A stretch of 64,000 nucleotides of DNA from Thermoanaerobaculia bacterium (GTDB taxonomy: Bacteria > Acidobacteriota > Thermoanaerobaculia > UBA5066 > Gp7-AA6): assembly GCA_036505815.1 (NCBI GenBank), contig DASXSX010000064.1:8895-72894 (forward strand). Reading direction: 5' to 3'. Position 1 is the stretch's first letter. Each line of letters starts with the position of its first letter. The position numbers and the translations under genes were made by a program. Positions 18,420 to 29,812 of this stretch are shown piece by piece. The notes beneath the pieces were generated by a model that did no database searches, was not told the DNA's origin, and saw only the letters and a program-made list of their open reading frames with translations.

Positions 18420-19741
18420 GCGGCGCGGCTCCGCCGGCTCCCTCGGGAGAAGAGCCAGTACACCAGCGGGCCGATCGCGAGAAGAGCAATGCCGATGGCG
18501 GACCGGAACGGGTTTGTCGCAACGGCGCTCACGACGACCGCTGCTGCAGCGGCGACGAAGAGCGCCGGAACTACGGGATAACCCGGCGTTCGAAACGAGC
18601 CGGGCTCGCGGCTGTCGATCGGTATCCGCCGGCGGAAAATGAAGATCGCCGCCACTGCCAAACCGAAGAAGATCCAATCCCCGAAGACGACCGAGTCGAC
18701 GAGCTCCCCGTACGTGCCCGTCAGCGCGAGGATAATTCCCCAGCTCGCCTGGAGGAGGATTGCGAGGATGGGTGTCCCGAACTTCGGGTGGAGACGGGAA
18801 AGACCAGGAAAGAACACGCCGTCCTTTCCCATCGCGTAGTAGATCCGCGTCTGGGCGAGCAGCGTCAGATCGAGGAAACCGAACGCGGAAATGGCGATGG
18901 CCGCGGCGATCAGGCGGTCGGCCCCTGGCCCGAAGATCCACTTGAGGGCGTCGGCAGCCGGCGTTGCCGTGGCAGCCAGAGCGGGGTGCGACAGAACTCG
19001 GAGGTAGACCACGTTGGCGAGCAGGTAGACCGCGATGACGAGCCCCATTCCCACGATCAGGGCGCGGGGAATCGTCCGGCGCGGCTCGCGCGTTTCCTCG
19101 GCGACCAGGTTGACGCTCTGCCATCCGCCATAGGCGAAGAGAATCGGGACGAGCGCGGCTCCGAACGCGGCGAATCCCCCGGATGGGGGAGGGTAGACGC
19201 GAGCGACCTGCGGTCCCCGGGCGGGAGGAAACAGGAGGCCGCCGCCGATCAGTGCCGTCAGCGCGACAAACTTCAAGACCACAAGGACGTTCAGCAGGCG
19301 GCTGCCCGGCTTAACGCCGACGCAGTTGATCGCCGCCACGATACCGATCGCAATCGCTGCACCGACGGCGGCGTAAGCGGGGTTGCGACCGAGGAGTCGC
19401 AAACCATACTGGGCGAACGTGATCGATACCGCCGCCAATCCGCCTCCCTGGATCATCAGGAGCGACGCCCAGCCGAAGAGGAACGCCACGAGCGGGTGAT
19501 ACGCCTCGCGCAGGTACACGTACTGGCCGCCCGCCCGCGGGAAGAGCGCCGCGAGCTCCGCGAAGGCGAACGCCCCGGCGAGCGCGATCGCGCCGCCGGC
19601 GGCCCACGCCGCGAGCACGAGACCGGGCGTCGGAAGCCGCTCTGCGACGACGGCAGGCACGATGAAGATTCCGGACCCGATGATCCCGCCGACGACCACC
19701 ATGGTGGCGTCGAACGGTCCGAGCTCGCGGCGAAAAGCCAT
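18416..19741 (-). CDS. APC-superfamily amino acid permease
   Basis: About 12 hydrophobic segments. N-terminal GPFDATMVVVGGIIGSGIFIVP is typical of amino acid permeases. Confidence 0.9.
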   Translation of the reverse strand: MAFRRELGPFDATMVVVGGIIGSGIFIVPAVVAERLPTPGLVLAAWAAGGAIALAGAFAFAELAALFPRAGGQYVYLREAYHPLVAFLFGWASLLMIQGGGLAAVSITFAQYGLRLLGRNPAYAAVGAAIAIGIVAAINCVGVKPGSRLLNVLVVLKFVALTALIGGGLLFPPARGPQVARVYPPPSGGFAAFGAALVPILFAYGGWQSVNLVAEETREPRRTIPRALIVGMGLVIAVYLLANVVYLRVLSHPALAATATPAADALKWIFGPGADRLIAAAIAISAFGFLDLTLLAQTRIYYAMGKDGVFFPGLSRLHPKFGTPILAILLQASWGIILALTGTYGELVDSVVFGDWIFFGLAVAAIFIFRRRIPIDSREPGSFRTPGYPVVPALFVAAAAAVVVSAVATNPFRSAIGIALLAIGPLVYWLFSRGSRRSRAA

Positions 19742-19819
19742 CGATTGCGGAAAGGGTAGCAGTGGCCGCTACTCTTTTGGTCCGCCGTTCGCGAAGCCCG
19801 CGCCAGTCTCGAACTCCCG

Positions 19820-19825
19820 TACAAT
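19820..19825 (+). promoter_or_regulatory. Candidate -10 hexamer TACAAT, 9 nt upstream of the dnaE ATG
   Basis: TACAAT followed by cggtcttcg and then ATG 19835. No SD in the spacer. Confidence 0.3.
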
Positions 19826-19834
19826 CGGTCTTCG

Positions 19835-22800
19835 ATGCCCGGCGACTTCGTCCACCTCCATCTCCACACGCAGTACTCTCTTCTCGACGGCGCCAACAGA
19901 CTCGGGGAGCTGTGCCGCCGGATTCGCGAGCTCGAGATGCCCGCGGTCGCCGTGACCGATCACGGCAACATGTTCGGGGCGTTTTCCTTCTACCACGAGG
20001 CGCTGAAACAGGGCGTGCGTCCGATCCTAGGCGTCGAGGCGTACATCGCGCCGGCGGACCGCCGCAACCGCGAAGCGCAGGCTGCCAGTGAGTCGGGCGA
20101 CGGGTATGCCTACCATCTGACGATCCTGGCGGCCACGCAGACCGGTTACCGAAACTTGGTCCGGCTCGTCTCCGAGGCCTATTTGACCGGCTTCTACCAT
20201 CGCCCGCGCATGGACAAGGCCCTCTTGCGCGATAACGCGGAGGGGCTGATCGGCCTCTCTGGATGCCTGAAAGGGGAGGTCGCGGGCGCGCTCTCCCGCG
20301 GGAACTACGCGGCCGCCGAGCGGGCGGTCCGCGAGTACCAGGAGATCTTCGGGAGAGACAATTTCTTCATCGAGCTGATGGACCACGGGCTTCCGAAGCA
20401 GACGGAGATCCTGCCCGATCTCTTGCGGCTCGCCAGCGCGACGGGCGCGGCGGTCGTCGCGACAAACGACGGTCATTACCTGCGCCGCGACGATGCCTTC
20501 GCCCACGAGGTGCTGCTCTGCATCGGCATGGGCAAGACGCTCGAGGACGAGCGCCGGATGCGGTTCTACAACGACGAGTTCTATGTCAAGAGCGCCGAGG
20601 AAATGCGCGAGCGGTTCCGGAGGTGGTCGGAGGAGGCGCTCACGAACACGATCGCCGTGGCGGAACGCTGTGCGGTGACGTTCGACACCGAAGGGCTCCA
20701 CCTGCCGACTTTTTCGGCGCCGGAAGGGAAAACGCCGGGTGAGCACTTCGCGGACCTCGCGCGCGAGGGGCTCGAGCGGCGGCTCGCGGAGCTCGAGCCC
20801 TGGTTTCGCGCGGGGAAGATCCCGAACCCGCCGGAGAAATATCGCGACCGGCTCGAGTACGAGATCGGCGTCATCGAGAAGATGGGATTTCCCTCGTACT
20901 TCCTGATCGTCTCCGATTTCATTCGTCAGGCTCGCGAGAGCGGGATCTCCGTCGGTCCCGGGCGCGGCAGCGCCGCCGGCTCGATCGTGTCATGGGCGCT
21001 TCGCATCACCGAGATCGATCCCCTCCGCTACGACCTTCTCTTCGAGCGCTTCCTGAACCCCGAGCGCATCTCGATGCCGGACATCGACATCGACTTCTGC
21101 CAGGCCCGCCGCGGCGAGGTCATCGAGTACGTCACGAAGAAATACGGCCGCGAGAACGTCGCCCAGATCGTGACGTTCTCGCAGTTGAAGCCGAAGCTCG
21201 CCGTCCGCGATGTCGCGCGGGTGCTCTCGCTGCCGGTGGCGATCGGCGACCGGATCGCCAAGCTCATCCCGGACGGCGTCGACGTGAACTTCGAGCGCGC
21301 TTTGAAGGAGTCGGCTCCCTTGAGGGAAGCCATCCAGTCGGACGAATCGGTCGCCAAAGTCGTTCGGATCGCGGAACGCCTCGAGGGGCTCTCCCGCCAC
21401 GCCGGGATGCACGCGGCGGGCGTCGTGATCGCGCCGCGGCCGATCATCGAGTACCTCCCGCTCTACCGCACCAACACGGGCGACGTCACGACGCAGTTCG
21501 ACATGAACGCCGTCGAGAAGATGGGATTGTTGAAAATCGACTTCCTCGGCCTGATCACCCTCGACATCATGGATGCGACAGTCTCCGGAATCCGGCAGCG
21601 CACCGGGGATGTCGTCGACCTCGATCGACTCCCGCTGAACGACGAGAAGACGTACGAGCTCTTCCGCTCGGGCAAGACCGCCTGCGTGTTCCAGTTCGAC
21701 TCGTCGGGAATGCGCGACCTGTTGCGGCGCGCGAAGCCGAAGGTCTTCTCCGATCTGGCGCTTCTGAACGCCCTCTACCGCCCCGGGGCGCTGGACGTCG
21801 GAATGGTCGAGGAGTACGTCCGGCGCCGCAATGGCAGCCGGAAGGTCAGTTATCCGCTGCCGGAGATCGAGGACATCCTCAGCGAGACGCTGGGGATCCT
21901 CGTCTATCAGGAACAGGTCATGTTGATCGCCTCGCGCGTGGCGGGCTACTCGCTCGCCGAGGCGGACCTCCTCCGAAAAGCGATCGGCAAGAAGAAGCGC
22001 GAGATCATGGCGGCCGAACGGGAGAAGTTCCTCGGCCGCGCCGCCGAGCACGGCACGACGAAAGAAAAGGCGAAGGAGCTCTGGGCGCTCATCGAGCCAT
22101 TCGAGCGGTACGGTTTCAACAAGTCCCACGCCGTGGCCTACGCGCTCGTCGCCTACAAGACCGCGTTTCTCAAGGCGCACTACCCGGTGGACTTCCTGGC
22201 CGCGGCGCTCTCCGCCGAGATCGGCTCGACTGATGGAATCGTCAAAGTCATCGGGGACTGCGTGGAGATGGGGATTCCCGTGATGCCGCCGGACATTAAC
22301 GAGTCGCAGAAGAACTTCGCGGCGGTCGGGTCCGCGATCCGGTTTGGTCTTGCCGCGATCAAGGGCGTCGGGGATCAGGCGGCGGAGTCGATCCTCGAAG
22401 AGCGGCGCAGTCGCCCGTTCGCTTCGTTCACGGACCTCGCGCACCGCCTCGACTCGCGCTTCGTCAACAAGCGCACGCTCGACGCCCTGATCTGCGCGGG
22501 CGCGCTCGACTCCCTCGGCAAGAACCGCGCGACGCTCGCCGCCGCCTCGGAGAAGGTGGTCGCAATAGCGGCGCGCCGACGTGACGAGGCCGAGCTGGGT
22601 CAGTCGAATCTCTTCGGCGGCGGCGGGGAGGATGGAGAGCTGCTCGCCGACCAGTTCCCGGAGGAGCCGGAGTGGTCGCTCGAAGAGAAGCTGCGCCGGG
22701 AAAAGGACGTTCTCGGGTTCTACGTCACCGGGCATCCGCTCACCAAGTACCTGGCAGAGATCGACCGGTTCGCCGACACCCGGGTCCAGGACCTCTCTTC

Positions 22801-23323
22801 GCGAATCGACCAGACCGTGCGGGTCGCCGGAGTTCTCGTCAACGTCAAGAAGCAGAAGATCAAGAAGGGCGTCAACGAAGGCAAGACGATGTTGAAGGCG
22901 ACTCTCGAGGACACGACGGGCGGCGTGCCGGTCTGTGTCTTCGCCAACCTCTACGAAAGGGTTACTTCCTGGATCCGCGCCGACCTGCCGGTTCTCGTGA
23001 CCGCACTCGTCCGGGAATCCGGCGGTTCACTCGAGCTCACCGTCTCCGAGATCACTCCGCTCGAGGGGATCCGGGAGCGGCTCGCCCGAGAGATGGAAAT
23101 CCGCATCAACCTGACGCTCGCCGACGAGACGCTCATGGGCCGGCTGAAGGATCTCCTTAAGCTCCACTCGGGCACGACCCCTCTCGCGTTGCTTCTCATC
23201 CGGCCGGGTGACTTCGAGGTGAAGCTCAAGGCGGCGGACTCGATCCGCGTCACGCCTTCGCCAAAGCTGACCGGGGAAGTGCGCGCGCTCACGGGCGAGG
23301 ACTCCGTCCGCTTCCACTTCTAG
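19835..23323 (+). CDS. dnaE: DNA polymerase III alpha subunit
   Basis: PHP domain FVHLHLHTQYSLLDG...AVTDHGNMFG. Polymerase core GPGRGSAAGS, SMPDIDIDF, KIDFLGL. 1162 aa. Confidence 0.97.
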   Translation: MPGDFVHLHLHTQYSLLDGANRLGELCRRIRELEMPAVAVTDHGNMFGAFSFYHEALKQGVRPILGVEAYIAPADRRNREAQAASESGDGYAYHLTILAATQTGYRNLVRLVSEAYLTGFYHRPRMDKALLRDNAEGLIGLSGCLKGEVAGALSRGNYAAAERAVREYQEIFGRDNFFIELMDHGLPKQTEILPDLLRLASATGAAVVATNDGHYLRRDDAFAHEVLLCIGMGKTLEDERRMRFYNDEFYVKSAEEMRERFRRWSEEALTNTIAVAERCAVTFDTEGLHLPTFSAPEGKTPGEHFADLAREGLERRLAELEPWFRAGKIPNPPEKYRDRLEYEIGVIEKMGFPSYFLIVSDFIRQARESGISVGPGRGSAAGSIVSWALRITEIDPLRYDLLFERFLNPERISMPDIDIDFCQARRGEVIEYVTKKYGRENVAQIVTFSQLKPKLAVRDVARVLSLPVAIGDRIAKLIPDGVDVNFERALKESAPLREAIQSDESVAKVVRIAERLEGLSRHAGMHAAGVVIAPRPIIEYLPLYRTNTGDVTTQFDMNAVEKMGLLKIDFLGLITLDIMDATVSGIRQRTGDVVDLDRLPLNDEKTYELFRSGKTACVFQFDSSGMRDLLRRAKPKVFSDLALLNALYRPGALDVGMVEEYVRRRNGSRKVSYPLPEIEDILSETLGILVYQEQVMLIASRVAGYSLAEADLLRKAIGKKKREIMAAEREKFLGRAAEHGTTKEKAKELWALIEPFERYGFNKSHAVAYALVAYKTAFLKAHYPVDFLAAALSAEIGSTDGIVKVIGDCVEMGIPVMPPDINESQKNFAAVGSAIRFGLAAIKGVGDQAAESILEERRSRPFASFTDLAHRLDSRFVNKRTLDALICAGALDSLGKNRATLAAASEKVVAIAARRRDEAELGQSNLFGGGGEDGELLADQFPEEPEWSLEEKLRREKDVLGFYVTGHPLTKYLAEIDRFADTRVQDLSSRIDQTVRVAGVLVNVKKQKIKKGVNEGKTMLKATLEDTTGGVPVCVFANLYERVTSWIRADLPVLVTALVRESGGSLELTVSEITPLEGIRERLAREMEIRINLTLADETLMGRLKDLLKLHSGTTPLALLLIRPGDFEVKLKAADSIRVTPSPKLTGEVRALTGEDSVRFHF

Positions 23324-24561
23324 TGACTGCGCTCTTGATCGGCGCGCTTCCTCCCGACGTCGCGCGCAGGGTCTCCGACGCCCGCCGAACCGCCCGTCGA
23401 AGCGGAATCGCACTGTACCTCGTGGGCGGCGCCGTGCGGGACATTCTCCTGCGCCGACCGGTCACCGACGTCGACCTCGTCGTCGAAGGGGACGCGCTCG
23501 GTTTCGCCCGCCGGCTCGCGCGGGAGCTCGGCGCAACCTTGACGCTCCACGGTCGTTTCGGCACCGCCGTGCTCGCACTCGCCGACGGGGAGCGCCTCGA
23601 CGTCGCGACGGCGCGGGCGGAAGAATACGAGGAGCCGGGAGCGCTGCCCCGCGTGCGCGCCGGCTCGATCGAGGAGGACCTCGCGCGGCGGGACTTCACC
23701 GTCAATTCGATGGCGATGGAGATCTCCCGCGTGAAACAGCCGGTGCTACTCGACCCTTTCGGCGGGCGAACCGACCTCAAGCGAAAGCTCGTGCGCGCCC
23801 TCTATCCGCGATCTTTTTTCGACGATCCAACCCGCGCTTTCCGAGCCATCCGATACGCGAACCGGCTCGGCTTTCGGATCGAGAGCACGACCCGCGCGTC
23901 GATCCGTGCCGCGGTCGCGGCGGGCGCGCTCGACGCCATTTCGGGTGACCGGCTTCGCCGCGAAATCCGGCTTCTCTTCTCGGAGCCGAACCGGGCGGTG
24001 GCGGCCCGTGAAATGGTGGCGCTCGGTCTCTCCCGGACGATCCACCCCGCGCTCCGGTACGACGCCGCCGTCGGCCGGCGCCTCCGGCTCGCCGAGCGCC
24101 TTGCGACGGAAGCCGCCCGAAAGGCGACCTGGCTCGTGTACCTTCTGTCCTGGATGGGGGAGTCTTCGATCGAAGTCACCGACGGGATTGCCCGGCGCCT
24201 GAACCTTCCGCGTGCGCCGGCGAGAACCGTGCGCGCATGGCCGGCCGCGTGGAAGGCGCTCTCCCGCGCGGGCGACTCGGGCGTTGCCGAGCTCGCGGAG
24301 AGAATCGAAGGACTGGGCGAGGACCCGGTGCTCGCGGCCGCCGCGGCGGCGCCCGCGCCGGTCGCCTGCAGGATCCTCTCCGTGTGGGACTCCGTTCCCG
24401 GCTTCCGGCTTACGATTGGCGGCAAGGACCTCGTGGCGGCCGGGATCCCGCCCGGGCCGGCGATCGGCCGCGCGCTGTCGGCCACGCTCTCGGCCCGCCG
24501 CGACGGCGCGATCCGGCCGGAGCAGGAGCTGGCGTTTGCGATCAAGGCGGCGCGCTCGTGA
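23323..24561 (+). CDS. tRNA nucleotidyltransferase / poly(A) polymerase family protein (CCA-adding-like)
   Basis: YLVGGAVRDILL...DVDLVV...RDFTVNSMA...DPTRAFRAIRYANRLGF. The GTG start shares one base with the dnaE TAG. Confidence 0.8.
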   Translation: MTALLIGALPPDVARRVSDARRTARRSGIALYLVGGAVRDILLRRPVTDVDLVVEGDALGFARRLARELGATLTLHGRFGTAVLALADGERLDVATARAEEYEEPGALPRVRAGSIEEDLARRDFTVNSMAMEISRVKQPVLLDPFGGRTDLKRKLVRALYPRSFFDDPTRAFRAIRYANRLGFRIESTTRASIRAAVAAGALDAISGDRLRREIRLLFSEPNRAVAAREMVALGLSRTIHPALRYDAAVGRRLRLAERLATEAARKATWLVYLLSWMGESSIEVTDGIARRLNLPRAPARTVRAWPAAWKALSRAGDSGVAELAERIEGLGEDPVLAAAAAAPAPVACRILSVWDSVPGFRLTIGGKDLVAAGIPPGPAIGRALSATLSARRDGAIRPEQELAFAIKAARS

Positions 24562-25193
24562 CGGCGGCGATCCCGCTCCTCTTCGTCGGGATGTTGTCCG
24601 GCGCCGGCGCTTCCGAAGCCGCCACCTCGAAACCGACCTTCTGCGTCGAGTGGATCCGGCAATCGCGCGAAGGTTACGAGCGGGTCACGCTCTTCTCGGA
24701 CTCGACCGTCGTGTGGAAGACCACCGACGCTCGGGGGGAGGAGGTCCGCCGCAAGAGCATCTCTCCCGACGAGCTCAGGTTCTACTGTTCCTACTTCTCC
24801 CGTCGGGAACACTGGGATCTGCCGGAAGATCTTCGCACCGGCCTGACGGGCGAATTCGCCGCGCAATCGTCCGTGACGCTCGCGCGCTCCGACGGCCTGC
24901 GCAAGCGCATTCGCTTCGACGACCTCTCCGCTCTGTCGGCGGACGCGGCCGCGCTCCGCGCCGCGCTCGACGGCCTGAAGACGATTTTCACCAACCCGCT
25001 CGCGCCGGCTTCCCGGTTCACCGCAGACGTTCTGTCGCCCGGGACGATCCTCAAGCGGTTCGACGGAGCGATTTTCCGTATCCTGAAGCTCGAAAGGGAA
25101 AAAGGAGTCGTCGAGATCGCCGGTGTCACCGAGCCGTACTCACAATTCGTGAAGATCGAGGAGCTGCGGTACCAGTTCTCGCCGCCGGAGTGA
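24558..25193 (+). CDS. Hypothetical secreted protein
   Basis: GTG 24558 overlaps the upstream stop (GTGA). Signal-like AAIPLLFVGMLSGAGASEA. No family recognised. Confidence 0.6.
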   Translation: MTAAIPLLFVGMLSGAGASEAATSKPTFCVEWIRQSREGYERVTLFSDSTVVWKTTDARGEEVRRKSISPDELRFYCSYFSRREHWDLPEDLRTGLTGEFAAQSSVTLARSDGLRKRIRFDDLSALSADAAALRAALDGLKTIFTNPLAPASRFTADVLSPGTILKRFDGAIFRILKLEREKGVVEIAGVTEPYSQFVKIEELRYQFSPPE

Positions 25194-25744
25194 GAAAGCC
25201 GCCTTCCGCCGTCCGCATCCTGGCCGGCCGGTGGAGGAGGAGGAGACTCGACGTTCCGCGGGACGCTCGCCCGACCTCCGGGCGCGCTCGTGAGGCGCTG
25301 TTCGACATCCTGCAGGACTCGGTCGTCGGGATCCGGGTGCTCGATCTCTTCGCGGGAAGCGGGGCGGTCGGGCTGGAGGCTCTCTCGCGGGGCGCGGCGG
25401 AGGTGGTGTTCGTGGAAGGCGACCGGCGCGCGCTCGACGCGAACCTCGCCCGGCTCGCGCCGCGCGAAGGAGAGGTCCGGGTCCTCGCGAAAGGTGCCCG
25501 GCAAGCCGCATCCGATCTCGCGCGAGCGGGGGAGCGCTTCGACCTCGTCTTCGCCGATCCGCCCTACGATCACGGAAATTCCGCGCTCCCGCGATCGATT
25601 GGAGAGCTCGTCGCTCCCGGTGGAAGGCTCGTCCTCCAGACCGATTCCGATGAGTCGCCGCCCGAAATTCGCGGCTTGGAAAGGGTCTCGCGGCGGGCGT
25701 ATGCGCGCAACGTCTTCTGGTTTTTCGAGCGAAGCGGTGGCTGA
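25190..25744 (+). CDS. rsmD: 16S rRNA (guanine966-N2)-methyltransferase
   Basis: [13 protein letters not shown]....[18 protein letters not shown] motif [19 protein letters not shown], catalytic DPPY. GTG 25190 overlaps the upstream stop (GTGA). Confidence 0.85.
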   Translation: MRKPPSAVRILAGRWRRRRLDVPRDARPTSGRAREALFDILQDSVVGIRVLDLFAGSGAVGLEALSRGAAEVVFVEGDRRALDANLARLAPREGEVRVLAKGARQAASDLARAGERFDLVFADPPYDHGNSALPRSIGELVAPGGRLVLQTDSDESPPEIRGLERVSRRAYARNVFWFFERSGG

Positions 25745-25821
25745 GCCGTTGCCTCACGTCCGACTGGAATGGTAGGCTGCCCCGTTTTTATCGTTCCCCG
25801 ACTGGCGCAAGGAGTGCGTTG

Positions 25822-28343
<2,522 letters not shown>

Positions 28344-28348
28344 GTCCG

Positions 28349-29227
28349 CTGCTCCAGACCTGCTCGCCGGGTTCGCCCCTTCCGGGGGAAGACCTCGCCG
28401 CCGATCTCGAGGCGGGGAACATCCTCGTCTTTCCCGAGCCGCCCTTTCCGATTGGCAGCCGCGAGCTTTTGAACGGCCTCGACCCCGGGGAAGCCCGTTT
28501 CCACAAGAACATCGCCTACCGCCCCGCGAGCCGGCGGTTGACGGGAGCGTCCGGGATTCCGCCGGAAAAGCGGGCGTCTCTCTCGTCCGCGCTGGAGGAA
28601 TACTCGGATAACGCGATCGCCTTCCTCGCCCGCCTCTTTCCCCGATACGCGCCCGCCTGGCGGATCGACTACGCGAGCTTTCGGCCGTTCGAGGAGGAGA
28701 GACGGCCTCTCTCGGCGAAGGCGAGAAACGACCTCGTCCACGTGGACTCGTTCCCGAGCCGCCCGACCCGCGGCGATCGGATCCTGCGCTTCTTCACGAA
28801 CGTCCATCGCGAGAAGCCCCGGGTGTGGATTTCGGCAGGAACGTTCGAACGGCTGGCCGAGAGGTACGCCGTTGCCTCGGGAATCCTTCCGCATGTGACG
28901 TCGATCCGGCCGCCCGGCGTGGTGGCTCGCGCGCTCGCCGCGGTCGGGCTCCGCAAGGGCATCCGGTCGAAGTACGACGAGTTCATGCTCCGCTTTCACG
29001 ACTACCTTAAGGAGAACGAGGAAGTCCAGGAAGAGGCACGCCAAGAGCCGTTCTCGTTTCCTCCCGGCTCGACGTGGATCGTCTACACCGACATGGTCAG
29101 CCACGGCGTGCTCTCCGGCCAGTCGGCGCTCGAGCAGACCATGATCATCTCGAAGGAGACGATGGCCCTTCCCGAGAAAGCGCCGATATCGATCCTGGAA
29201 CGCCTGTCCGGTCAGTCGCTCGCGTAG
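28349..29227 (+). CDS. Kdo hydroxylase (KdoO)-like Fe(II)/2-oxoglutarate dioxygenase family protein; start codon unresolved
   Basis: LEAGNILVFPEPPFPI..., ARNDLVHVDSFPSRPTRGDRILRFFTNVH, WIVYTDMVSHGVLSGQ resemble the KdoO/DUF2843 family as I recall it. The only in-frame NTG ahead of the conserved N-terminus is CTG 28349, after GGGAGGAGGG (28327-28336). Confidence 0.7.
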   Translation: MLQTCSPGSPLPGEDLAADLEAGNILVFPEPPFPIGSRELLNGLDPGEARFHKNIAYRPASRRLTGASGIPPEKRASLSSALEEYSDNAIAFLARLFPRYAPAWRIDYASFRPFEEERRPLSAKARNDLVHVDSFPSRPTRGDRILRFFTNVHREKPRVWISAGTFERLAERYAVASGILPHVTSIRPPGVVARALAAVGLRKGIRSKYDEFMLRFHDYLKENEEVQEEARQEPFSFPPGSTWIVYTDMVSHGVLSGQSALEQTMIISKETMALPEKAPISILERLSGQSLA

Positions 29228-29256
29228 CGAGCGCCTCCGCGCCCGCCGCGCAGGCT

Positions 29257-29790
29257 TCAGAGATGGAAGCCGATTCCAGCGTCGAGGACCGCGATGATCT
29301 GGCGCGCGCGGTAGGGAGCGTAGTGGACGTCGAGCTCCGTCCAGACGGCGACGTGCTTCCACAGGGGGAAGGCGCGCAGAAAGGAGGCGTGCGGACCCCA
29401 GCGGTGCTCGAAAGTCCGGTGGCCGGTTTCCGTCCGCGGCGGGGACGCTTCCTCGAACCGCGCAAACCCGATCGCAACGTCTACCGGAAGGGAAGTCAGC
29501 TTCTGGGTCAGGACTCCGTCTAAGCCGAGGTAATCCACGTCGTCATCCCCGACGCGGGGCGGCAGTTCCTTCTCGCGCTCGAGAGAGCCTTGAACGTATC
29601 GGATTCGCAGGCGGTCGCCGGAGAGCGACACGGCCAGAGCTCCGAACTTGTGGCCCTCGACGTCGCGCGCGGCCCTCGCGGTGAGAGACCCAGCGCCCCC
29701 TCCTCCCCAGAGCGAGATCGTCTCGGAAAGCGCGCGCGGACAGAGCGCGGTTGCGAGGAGAAGCGCGAGAAAGGCGCTTCGCCGGGTCAC
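29257..29790 (-). CDS. Hypothetical exported protein, possibly an outer-membrane beta-barrel
   Basis: GTG 29790 followed by signal RRSAFLALLLATALCPRALS, with alternating hydrophobic pattern toward the C-terminus. It lies 22 nt downstream of the LptFG gene. Confidence 0.5.
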   Translation of the reverse strand: MTRRSAFLALLLATALCPRALSETISLWGGGGAGSLTARAARDVEGHKFGALAVSLSGDRLRIRYVQGSLEREKELPPRVGDDDVDYLGLDGVLTQKLTSLPVDVAIGFARFEEASPPRTETGHRTFEHRWGPHASFLRAFPLWKHVAVWTELDVHYAPYRARQIIAVLDAGIGFHL

Positions 29791-29812
29791 TCCGCGGATT
29801 CTACGCTCGCGA

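Noticed and set aside
25745-25821. Possible SAM riboswitch in the metK leader.
   Set aside because: The leader is only 77 nt. I could not find the SAM-I core (GAGGGAYUGGCCC / kink-turn), the SAM-II AAAGCU pseudoknot, or SAM-IV or SAM/SAH-like consensus strings. An Rfam covariance-model scan would be decisive. Until then there is no support.
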